Assembly (NCBI GenBank): GCA_964035545.1
Contig: OZ037765.1
Location: 3,658,001 to 3,722,000, forward strand
Origin: Bugula neritina
Taxonomy: Eukaryota; Animalia; Bryozoa
Length of the DNA stretch: 64,000 bases
Reading direction: 5' to 3'
Position 1 is the first letter of the stretch. Each line of letters begins with the position of its first letter. The translations under genes were made by a program, and so were the position numbers. This document shows positions 1 to 11,304 of the stretch, piece by piece. The notes under the pieces were generated by a model. It was not told the DNA's origin, searched no databases, and saw only the letters and a list, made by a program, of their open reading frames with translations.

Positions 1-32
1 TAGAACAGGCTAAGGACTTATATTAATATGAG

Positions 33-154
33 GCACAGGAGCAATTATGACTGGATGCTCTTCCTAATATCACCAACGGTCTTTGTCCGGGCTTGAACCC
101 ATGACTTTGTGTTTACTAAAAAAACGCTCTAACCCCGAGACCACGGCTGGTCTC
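33..154 (-). mobile_element. tRNA-derived SINE, copy 1
   Basis: The reverse complement has a tRNA-like head (CCGTGGTCTCGGGGTTAGAGCG...GGGTTCAAGCCC) followed by GGTGATATTAGGAAGAGCATCCAGTCATAATTGCTCC. It is homologous to the copies at ~5.0, 15.6, 45.8 and 51.9 kb. Confidence 0.8.
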
Positions 155-302
155 ATTCTTACAGATGAGAGCTTTATTAAAAATAAAATGATAATGTATA
201 CTGAAAGTTCTGGTACTACTGATGCAATGTAACAAAGGTTTTCACTTATGTTTTTTAACTTTATATAATCTTTAAAACAAAATTCATTCTGTTTTCAATT
301 AC

Positions 303-1803
303 CTTTGTATAGAAGAGTTGCATCATTTTCACACCTTCCACTGCCCCATCTTGTGTAAACTGCACCTCCATTTTTAATTGTACGAGAACGGACTTTTGGC
401 AACCCATAATCATGTTGGTCTCCAGGTGCACCAGTATCTCCTTTGACCCATGGGGAGTCTACATAAATTATAGTTTTTGAACTAATAACACATTATATGG
501 TTATATGCTTTCTCACGTTCCAATATGGGATAATAATAATTTACCGTCTTTCCCATCTCTACCATCTTCACCAGCTAACCCTTTAATACCTACGACATCA
601 ACTACCATAGCACTTTATAATTATATTATTTATTATATAATGTTATTATAATTGTACTTTATTGCTATATTATATTTTAATATATAATATTATCTTTCAT
701 AGTTTTTTATAATTGTATATCAAGTTTTAAGCTTTTTACATTTTGTTATAATTGTATTTCATTATGAAATTGTCAGGATTTATGCATGTCAGTGCAGGTA
801 CATAATGATTTGTAATATTATAAAAAGCTTACCAGAGTCCTGAATCTGGTTAATAAGTTCTTCATATGTTAAAGTCAAATCTGAGATCTGCATGCTTCCA
901 GTGGCTAACTAAAAATTAATTTAAATAATATAATATATAAGTGTTACTAAACTTTAATATAAATTCATGACTGGAAAACTTCACAAATTGCTAAGCTAGC
1001 CTTCGATGAATAAACAATTTTTCTTTATAAACAATGTACTGGTGATTAAAATACTTCTCTAAAAACTTATATAGCTAGATTTAATAATTCAATTATTGGT
1101 TTTATTGCAATTATTGCAAATACTATGCACAACGTTTTACGAATGCAGTGCCAAAAACTAAAAACTGCTAAAGGGCATAACTGACTTTGCGTCTGACAGA
1201 AAGTAAGGCAGTTAAATTAGAAATTCCTAAAGGATTTTACTCTGCATTTATACACGCAGCAAAACTTACAACATTTAGAAGAGAATGAAACTGAGTGTTA
1301 AGTTCTTTCTGTTTGTCTTCTAGTTCTTCAAGTTTAGCCTTATGTTCCTCCAGAGTCACATACTGAGTCTGCGAGTGGCTCTCCAGGTCCCCGCAGTCAC
1401 AGCTGTGAGAAGGCCCTCCAGTGGTTGGGACACTCAAACTACTGCCCCATCCAGACACACCAAGTAAGATGAGAGCAACCAATAGATCTAGAATAGAATG
1501 TATATAGATATAACATCTGCCTAACTAGATATATTTGGTTAATTGTTTGTTGTAATCTATATATATATTTATTGATGGAGCAATAATATTTATTTTAATA
1601 GAGTTAATAATATGAAATATTGTATGAAATATTTATACATACATGCAGCAGATTAAAATTACTGCTGCATCCAATCCATTTTAGTGGTTCATTAAATAAT
1701 TAGACATTACTCAAATTACTAGTCTGGAACAATGGGACATACATGAGATTCTAAGCCATTATAATGACTGATCATAGAATTACTTACCTGCAAATTTTGC
1801 CAT
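303..1803 (-). CDS. Secreted short-chain collagen C4 (spongin short-chain collagen-related) protein, 5' part; continues beyond the left window edge
   Basis: Exons (minus strand) 1803-1788, 1487-1270, 908-833, 589-545 and 458-303, all GT-AG with consistent phases. The translation gives a signal peptide (MAKFADLLVALILLGVSGWG), a coiled-coil-like segment (LEEHKAKLEELEDKQKEL) and Gly-X-Y repeats (GIKGLAGEDGRDGKD...GDTGAPGDQ, including a 45-bp exon). It then reads GGAVYTRWGSGRCENDATLLYKG, which matches the GGxxYxRWGxxxC start of the short-chain collagen C4 C-terminal domain. Confidence 0.85.
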
Positions 1804-3264
1804 ATTTTTAAGTAAACCAGTTTAACAAGTGATGCAAGTCAAACTACTAAAGTACATTGAAGATGTATACAAACTAAACAGCCTTTATACATTGGTCTTT
1901 ATGATGATACGACTCAGCTGATTGGTCAACAGGACAAGCATTATGTAATAATGGTACCAAATCAAATTAGTACCTGCAATATCATGGTATTGAGCAGAAA
2001 CATGAATGTAAATATAAAAAACAATTCAAATGTCGTACACACTCTAATTTTTAACTACAACATCATGAATTTAGAAGGTAAATGTTGAACAAAACTATGT
2101 CATCACTCTATACTGCTCTCTGTCGATTTTAAGGAGAAATTATAATACAAATGGCTTGTATATATATTCATCTCGTGTGGGCAAAGGGACTCCACTGACG
2201 CAAACACACTTATCAATAAATTTTATTACCTTTTGAATGCTATACAAACTATGCATCTTTTATATATGAACAATTTTTTGAATATTTTAGTAATGAAATT
2301 AAGATTTGAATAGTTTGTATAAGAAAGTTCTCTTCGTAACCTATTTATTCATGTATATAGAATTATTTTCTTGCTTTATTGTAATATTACATAAGTGAAG
2401 TTTTGCACAGATAAAGAATATATATGTCACCCTTTGGACAAATTTCTCTTAAGGTTAAGCAGCACAAAATGACATATTATCACCATCTCTATTGATGAAA
2501 TACAATAAAACACAATTTTTATAAAAAATTAAACCCAACCTAGTTATGGGTAAAGTAAATTAACCCAAAGACATGTGATTTTATAATCTCAACAACAAAA
2601 TTCTTTAGCTATGCTGATGTTTACTTCCATTTATCTTGAAGCACCTATAAAGTGTGTCATAATTCAATGTATGCTGCACTATTCACACAAAGACTGCTTC
2701 CCTTTTAGGATGGTTTTAATAAAATTCCTCACCAAATTATTTTTTTCAAATCATAATTAATTCACTATATTGAGTAAGTATAATGAGTTATGTAGTCATA
2801 TGACTTAACAGTTTCTTATAATTAAATTATAATTGAGATTTTGCTTAGAAAATAAGATACATGGAATGCATTGAATTTTCAAAATTATATTCTAGCTGTA
2901 GAAATAATAATAAAGTATATATTTTTGTTGTATAGAAGCTCTATTAAGCAAGGTGATGTTTTATTGCAAAAGGAAGTTTTGAAAGCATAATCAAAATAAT
3001 TTCAAAATATGAAAACCTAATAATTACACGTGACATTTTTTTCACTCATCAGGCACTCATCAGGAGATTTCTTTGTAGCTATATCAAAACTACTGCTTGC
3101 TATAAATACTGTAGTATATTATATTATATGCATAATATACTAAATATACGGTATGCTTATTTATTTTAACTTGATATTTTTCTAGTAAAATAAATCTTCT
3201 TTTAAATTACAAATGCAATTTCCTATCATGGCTGTATTATATCATTAGCTGTTATAATACTATA

Positions 3265-6200
3265 TTATGAAAAAGCAGGATAGAAAATAGGCTGCTTTTC
3301 TCTAACTGGAAGTGGGGCGGAGTTTAGTCTGTCCCCTCGCCACGGCTTTGGGTATAGCCTGGGAACCTTCTGTATGCTCACCAGTGGAAAAGCCTGTTGA
3401 ACAAAACCATCAATTCATACTAACATAACAGACACAGTATTTTAATTTAAACTAATGTGTATTTTTTGAAAACTTAATTATTTAATAAAAAAACTGAACA
3501 AGCCAAATGATATGATGGTCACATTCTCACATATTGTGAAAACAAATTAAAAAAATATAAGATATGTAATAAAGTAATATAAATATTACTCATTTTGCTT
3601 TATTCAGGCAGATATGAAATTATATAAGCTTGTCAATTGCTTTGTAAAGTTAAGCATTGCAGCACAATTATTGTTCAAAATCCTAGCATATGCCATAATT
3701 GAAATATTGGGTAACAATAAAATTTATTTCAATTAACAAAATGTTTTTTATAAGTTAGAGAAATAAAGTTTTGATTTTAAAAATGTAAATATTCTTAAAC
3801 ATCTAAAGACTTACAGCAAGTGTAATTCTATTTCCTTTGAAGCCTTGTGCCTTCTTTACATTCCAGTCAGTTAGTCTCTTCTTAAATTTGCTGTCTTCCA
3901 ACATTTCTGTTAAAAAACTTTAAATAGATTTATTAAATATAGTCAGCTTAGAATATAGGAAAAACTTGGCAGGCATGAAAACGAGTCACATGCACTGAAT
4001 ATAACCATAATTAAAATTACCTGCCTGAAAGAACTGCATTATAGTGATGCTAACCAAATCCAAAATACATAAGTTTAATATACACTCTGTAAGCATACTA
4101 TATTGTGTTACCTACTATTTGGTAGCAGCAAAAACATTACTTTGCAAGTGATTTTAGTAAAAGTCAATTGGATCACTAAAATAACACAATACTGCGACGA
4201 TTAGGCATTAAATCTCAACTACTTATATGTAAGAATTATGAGTGCTTGTACGAATATATTTACACAATGTTGAAGATATTTTTCATTTAAATTATTTATT
4301 GATTTTATTTTACAAAGTCAAAAATATATAATTTCTACTTATTGTTACGTTTAATTTGCTCTTTCCTATAATATTGCCAAAAACCATAAGAGTTGTCAAC
4401 TCTTTTGATACTAGAAAACTATAGTTACTGACTAGTAAATTCATCAGGTGAGAGAAACTTCATGTTAGTGGCTTGTTCTCTTCTAAAGCGGCCATATTGG
4501 TCACGCCTCCTCTGCTTGTATATGTAACTATCTCTCTCCCTGACAGGGTCTCTTTCAAACATGCTTGGCAAGGCGCCAGCTTTGAAAGGAAAGATGTCAC
4601 ACATCTGGTACTTCTTCCAGGAAAGATTATAATCATTGTCAGACTCTTTAGAGTTGAGTAGCAGACTAAGCTCAGGTTTTCCTGTAGTAATGAATAGACT
4701 TGTATCAACCAAGTTTTTTATTGCGGCTGTTGATGACACAAGACTAGCTGCCAGTTAATTTTAAATAGCTGGGAAATCATTAAGTTTTCTTATTTACTTT
4801 TTATAATCAGGATATAAATTTGAAATACAGCTGAATGTTGTAAATTTAGCAGGTTTACAATATATAGTTATATAATAATGTATAATATCCGAAACCTGCA
4901 TGCTGCTCTTTCACTTAGCTGAAGCAGGTTACATGCATGGTTGTAAAATTGAGATATGCTGTGATTTGCAGCTCTTTAGGTCAAATATTATAGAATTATT
5001 TTAAGGAGCAGCCATGATGGTCTAGTGGTTCGAGTGCTAGATTTGTATGGTGCGGGCCATGGCTTTAGTTTCAGTTATTGGTGAGGTCAGGAAAAGCATC
5101 TGATAATAATTGTAAGAAGGATAGTCTTTAGCAGGGTTGTAGTGGCAAAAATATTCTAGGCCATACTCTCAGGCCAGGGATCCAGGGGGCCGCCCAGGCC
5201 CCCGGCGGAGTCCGGGGCAGCGCCCCGGTCTCCGAAGCCCTCAGAGCGCTTCTGATGCAAATTTATGCAATTTAAAGCCATTGTGAATTATAATTCTTCT
5301 GAAAAACTTCTGTGTTGAAATGTGCACCTCGCTATTGTTTTCATACCATACCAGCTACGTGACGACTGGGCATTGCTGCAAACTATATAAATATTCAGTC
5401 TTGTCCCATATCTGTTGACTGTAATGTAATGTAATGTAGTTTTACTCAACTGCAGTTAGGTTTGTTCTGACACTAAGTCCAACCTGTACAGAAAAATTGC
5501 TGAATATCTCAAAAAAATAGAAGGATAGAGGCAGGTAACAAGTGCTCTCCAAATGCAACCTGATTACTTTAAATAACTAATACACTGCCGTGCATAGAAA
5601 AAGAATAATAGATCAGAACAGAGGAAGATTGCTAATCAGAAAATGTGTGTTGGTTACTTATAAAAAGCAATTTGAATTAATAAATTGGCAAGCAGAAATT
5701 GGTTGAAAACCTATTTGGAGTTTATTAGAGTATTAGTCTAATCCATAAGGTGATGCCGCCACACCTCCTTACACACAATAAAGCCCACCCAAGAAGAGTA
5801 TGTTAATTTGGTTTTAAAATAAACCCCCACTCCCTGAGCTTCCACTAAATACATCAAGAAAATTTACTCCATAAGAACAAATTTGACAGGTTTATTATGT
5901 GTTAACCTAGAAAATGATTAAATGTAAAGCCAGACGTTAGTACAATCAAACATAAAAGGTTACTTATGACGTGGTGCACAGTTTGCAAAACCTTATTGCA
6001 TGCAATAACACTGCTAGGTTTTTGACCAAAATGTGGATATAGCACCTGTAAACCTCAGTTATAAATCTTCATTATAGCCTCTCCTACACACCTGGTATAC
6101 TGTTTCTTGAAGACATTTTGATTTTATTTCTGGATTTCATGTTGTTTTTTTCCAAATTCCATTGCTTATTGACAAAATGCAAGTTCACATAAGATAGATA

Positions 6201-9200
6201 AGGGCAACCTTCTAGCTGTCACTGCCTTGCTGAGGCCACATTATTGGTATATTATAAGAATTCAGTCTCGCCAAATAAAACCTCATTTAATTGTGCTAAA
6301 ATTAAAATTCAAAAACCATGTTTTAGATCTTCCTGTTCCTCAGAGCACCTGCTTTTTTGAGTTTTCAATATTTTTTTTGCAAAGTTATAGACAAAAATCT
6401 ACCCATTTTGGCCAATTTTACCTGAACAATTTATTTTTCAATCCCTGCCAAATATCTCAGCAGGAAAGCATGGTATTCGAATAGAACAACCACTGTCGGA
6501 AACCTGAGAAATTTATGCATGGTGAATTTTTTTATCTTTTCAATAGCCTTCATAGCCTTTCTACAAGTTAGTGATTTATACACTGAAAATGAAAGATTTT
6601 TTCGTTAGTAATCACAAATGCACAGCACTTCACGCTTCGGTGAACATGTAGAGATAAGATGCAATGTTGATAGCTGCTTATCACTGAGCTGGATATTATT
6701 GAGTTCATTGCTGCTTATATTCATAGTGTAATCTCAGGCTAAACAATCACAAGTAGGCAACACGCATGCCGCCCACATAGCATTAATATAACAAGAACTT
6801 AAACTAGATTGTGAGCGAAATTTATGATATTCTCAGTGAGGATGCCCAAACTATCCTGTGCATTAATCATCTTTCAAAAATATGCCCATACGGGCGTATG
6901 GCCTAGAACAGTCTATTTTCTTCTAGGCCATACGGCGTATGGGACCGTATGGGTACCACTACATCCCTGGTCTTTAGCCCTCACCAGATTTCAAAAGAAC
7001 GGGAATTTTAAACATATGCAAGTTCTTTTAGTCGGAAACTATATATTGCAAGCTAAAATTTAAACTTTTAGATATTCTTGCATTTAGAATTTTGTGTAGA
7101 AGTTTTCTAGCTAGTAGGCTTCACTTTAATCATTTTTTTTCATTAATATAATTCATGACTCACTTTGACAGGAGTGACAGGAAGACATCCTCCATCTGTT
7201 TGCTGACCCACTTAGATTCTCAGCTTCTAACTTTATCTCTTCAACCGTGTGGGCCACATTCATGGTTGGAAGATGTCTGTAACACAATAGATATACAATG
7301 TTAGACAGTCTGTATTGGTGTATTAGTCTCTGTGTAGAAGCTCAACCCTCCTCACCTCACTACCAAAAGTAGTATAATAACTGTTTTATATTTAAAACAC
7401 AACGTATTATATATATAGTGAAATATTACTTAGTAGAATTTGAAGCCTGGGTGTAGATTTCTAGCTCTCATCATTTTGTTACTAAAGCAAAGTATGTTTA
7501 TAAAAGTATTATATCATAATATATTATATAATGAAATATTATTTAGTACTAATGATTACCATGTGCTGTGATGCATTACTCTTAAATACTTAAAAAGGTA
7601 TAGTAAGGTTACACAGACTATAGAAATAGTAAAAGTCAAGTCATACAAAGGTTTAGCAAATTCTCATCTGGTTTTTGCTCTAAATTTATTTCAAGTTTAA
7701 ATAATTGAAAAATAAATAAAGCAGAATTATGATTTTCAGGTAAGACAATACAAATATTTCTTTTGTAGTACCAAAGATATCAACAGTTAGGTGTTATCTA
7801 AATATAGTTTTAAATAAATTAAGATAGTTTATAACATTTTATCTTTGACTAAACTACAAACAGCATATGTTGTGTAGACTTACCTTTCTATAAAGTCCAT
7901 GATATCAGGGTGATGAAAAGTTGTTACTCCGTCAAACCCCTCCACATTCTGTTCTCCATATTTAGGCTGTATAAATTAAATTACATGCACACATTGAGTG
8001 AATTACGTAAGATTCTAATATTGGCACATTTGGTATGCAAATTCAAACAGGTTCTTTGAATTTAAACAATGCAATGTTGTGACATTTCAACAATGCAGTA
8101 CAATTAATATCCACAAGGCTTACAAAAATTTGAATAAACAAGCACAATGATTGAACTCAGTGTTGTTTTTACGAAAAGTGAAGTGAATGCTATCATTTAT
8201 ATAGCATAACTTTCTAACATTCGAAAACAATGATTTTGCGTGTCACTTTTAGAGGGCTGAGTTCAAACAGTATAATTTTATTTAAATGTGCTTACTGTTT
8301 TTAAGTATACACTAATAGCTGAAGTGCTTTAAAACTAGAACCTAATAAATGATATTAAGTTTACTAACTTTAGTACGATAAATATAATTAAGAAATTTAC
8401 AGAGTATCAGTAATTTGAATACAAATTCATGGTTTGAAGAAATCTTCACTTTTTTGTATACAGCTTTTGGGATTATCTTCTCTTAATTAAAGTTTATAAA
8501 TCATACTTACGGAGTCGCCTTCTTCTCTCATATATTTTCTCAGCATACGACATCCAACATGTGACTTATTAACACCCAGACCTCTGACCAATAACCTCAT
8601 TGCCTTACAAAACAAAATTATGAATAATATTGTACAGATATTCATGACATATATTATAACACATTGATACTGAAAAGCGCAATGTCAACTTGCCTGCTAC
8701 CAATAGGCTAATGAAACTATCATCTCATACAGAAAATATTGTTATGTAATTTAAAATAGATTACATCATATAAAGGCTATATGTAGTTTATTAACATATA
8801 TTGAGTAGCATGCAATAAAAAGTTGTGGTGTCTAGCAGGTGTAATATGCATATTTACTCGAAGGTATATATAGTTAAAGGCATTAGGTATATCACTACGT
8901 AGTACAATCAACATATTGTGTTTATTTTACTGCATATTATGATAGTGTCAGCATAGAATATAAGGCAAGGTGCGTGAAATTTTACCTTTTTGTATTCACC
9001 AAACGTGTTGTAAATCAATGCCTCCATGCACAACATGTCCTGCAAACACAAAAGCAAATATGATTTAGCTCAAATTCAATTCATACTAAGCTACAACAAA
9101 TATGTATTTAAATGTTACTTGCATAACATAAGCATACAAACTTAAATCAAATATATCAAGTTTTAATTCTTTATGCACTCAGTCTAAAAACTTGGGGAAA

Positions 9201-11304
9201 GTTGATTGTCAAAGTGAAGAATATCGTCTCCTATACATAACACAGTTTGTTAGAACTTTAATTGACAAAGTTTATGGAAATTCAACAGAAAGTTAAATAG
9301 CCAAATTATAACTATAAAAGTAAGCAAATTGCATGAAAAGTTATACATTGTCTGTTTATGTGCCCATGATCACTAGATAGTAAGTTATTTATTGTATAAC
9401 TAGCAAAAATTTTATATTTACCAGATCTTTTTCTGCATTATAAGCAGCAATGCTTAAGTTTTTAATGGCCGCCTTATACTTTCCCAGAGCACTGTAAGAC
9501 TGAGCTTTCCTACAGTATGCTGGTACAGCAAGGGAGTCGGGAGCGTAGCAAGAGCACCCAAACTAAAGAATAATACATTTTTTATTAACCTTACATCAAT
9601 ATATTAGAATTGAAGAATTAAGGCTATCTGACAACAATAAAACTCTTTATTATGACTTTTTATCATGTACATTACAGACAGTACATCAACCTATGATGAG
9701 AAAGATCATAAAGGATGTATTTTACAATTCAATATGTTATATATAGGTGAATAAAAGCCAAATATATAAAACTAATAAAATGAAATCTTCAAAGTTCTGT
9801 CAACCTAATGTGAATACGTCAATATAACTGCATCTTTGCTAAAGAATAAAATATAAATACAGCCTAAAGTTACCAAGCAATTGAATAAAATCTATGTAAA
9901 ATATTTTTATTTTGACTTTGCATATAATTATTGTAAACAAACTATAATTCTATTATATAACCTTTTAGGTGAAGTGTGAAATATAATGTATACAGTTCAA
10001 GATATAAACTAGCCGACCTGATTAGCTGTAGCTGTGTGAATAGCTTTACTGAAGCTCACCAAAGCCAACTCGTGTTCACCAACTTGTTGATAGGAAAGAC
10101 CCAGGTGGAAGTATGCTTCATACAACTGCAAAATACATGCTTAAAATAAATATATATCACAGTTACAATATGATCATATTACAGCTACAAGATAATCATA
10201 TCGCAGTTATAATATAATACCATGTTACACTTATAATATAGTCTTACTACAGTAATAATATAGTCATAACATAGTCATATCATATAGTCATAATAAATCC
10301 ATATAACTTCATAATGTAGTAATAGGTAATAATATATTTTTTAAAATTTTATTTGTACTTGTAATAACAAGGAGTTGTCATCTCTTTGATTCTATTGTAA
10401 ACATGTTTATCTGATGCTATATTTCAAATAACTTGAATATCAGGAACATAAAACTAGTTTATTGTTATGTAATAATTAATTTTGTTGTATTAAATTAATA
10501 TCTTTCTAACAAGAACAAGATGCTTAGGACTTACAGCAATTCTATAATGATCGGTGTAGATATAGTCAGCTGGGAGGTTTTCAGTGGAGATAAAGCAAAT
10601 GATTTTCTTGTAGGCTAATATTGCCTACAAGTTGATGAGTCACATATAAAGTATGCGAGGTAGAGTATACAGTAGCTATAATCAACAAATGCAAGCATGG
10701 ATTTAGCTAACAGCTTTAAAACAGATCTCAATAGAAATTAATTTAAAACTATGCTTGTATAATAAATTAGCTATAGGTGCAGGTTTGCTTTAAACACTCA
10801 ACTATGCAGTATAGCCACGTAGTTGCAAGATGTCAAAATCTTTATTTCAAAATGCCATAAGTACAATATTATCCAAGTTTCAAAATTTAATTATAATTAT
10901 TATCAAGTTTATTGCCACAGACTACACTTACATGAAGTTAACCAGCGGATAAGCCAAAGCTTGCTATACAAAAGCAGTTGAAAAGTTGTTTTCTAATGAT
11001 TAAACAAATAACTTACATTTTTGCTGCTAAAATTTTAAATATTTGCTATTTGCATCATATTCTATAGTTAGTATTATAGAGGCAGCCAATTTGATGTATA
11101 AATCAAACAGAGCTTTTATTATGATCAATAGTAATATACAGCTGCGTGTGAATATTTTTTATAAAAGCTACAAATAGATGGTGAGATATTGAATATAACA
11201 GATTGAGATACCTGAGCCCAGTTTTTGCTTCTCTCAGACGAGATAGCCTTCTGCAGTAACTCAGTAGCAAGTCTGCTGGTCTCTTCATAGTTGGTTATTG
11301 GCAT
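3265..11304 (-). CDS. TPR-repeat-containing protein of unknown function (~436 aa, 11 coding exons)
   Basis: Exons (minus strand) 11304-11212, 10624-10535, 10125-10018, 9562-9422, 9039-8986, 8603-8511, 7966-7884, 7276-7164, 4747-4433, 3906-3815 and 3393-3265. Total 1311 nt, open frame, GT-AG junctions. TPR-like helices are EAYFHLGLSYQQVGEHELALVSFSKAI and PAYCRKAQSYSALGKYKAAIKNLSIA. The C-terminus is ...PRLYPKPWRGDRLNSAPLPVREKQPIFYPAFS*. A probable 5'UTR exon ends at 11930. The junctions around exon 9 are the least certain. Confidence 0.8.
5004..5131 (+). mobile_element. tRNA-derived SINE, copy 2, interrupted by a hAT insertion (probable remainder at ~6978-7010)
   Basis: Sequence reads AGGAGCAGCCATGATGGTCTAGTGGTTCGAGTGC...GGTGAGGTCAGGAAAAGCATCTGATAATAATTG, the same family as 33-154. 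Confidence 0.7.
5132..6969. mobile_element. Non-autonomous hAT-superfamily DNA transposon (1838 bp)
   Basis: TIRs are CAGGGTTGTAGTGG (5132-5145) and CCACTACATCCCTG (6956-6969), 13/14 match. A perfect 8-bp TSD GTCTTTAG lies at 5124-5131 and 6970-6977. Subterminal TTCTAGGCCATAC repeats occur at both ends. No transposase ORF was found. Confidence 0.9.

Noticed and set aside
33-154. tRNA gene
   Set aside because: A/B-box-like motifs are present but there is no intact cloverleaf, and it continues into a shared SINE body.
4425-4432. Stop codon of ORF 4425-4739 as the end of the TPR gene
   Set aside because: A GTCAGT donor at 4432 joins in frame to two further well-formed exons (3906-3815 and 3393-3265), so the gene most likely continues.
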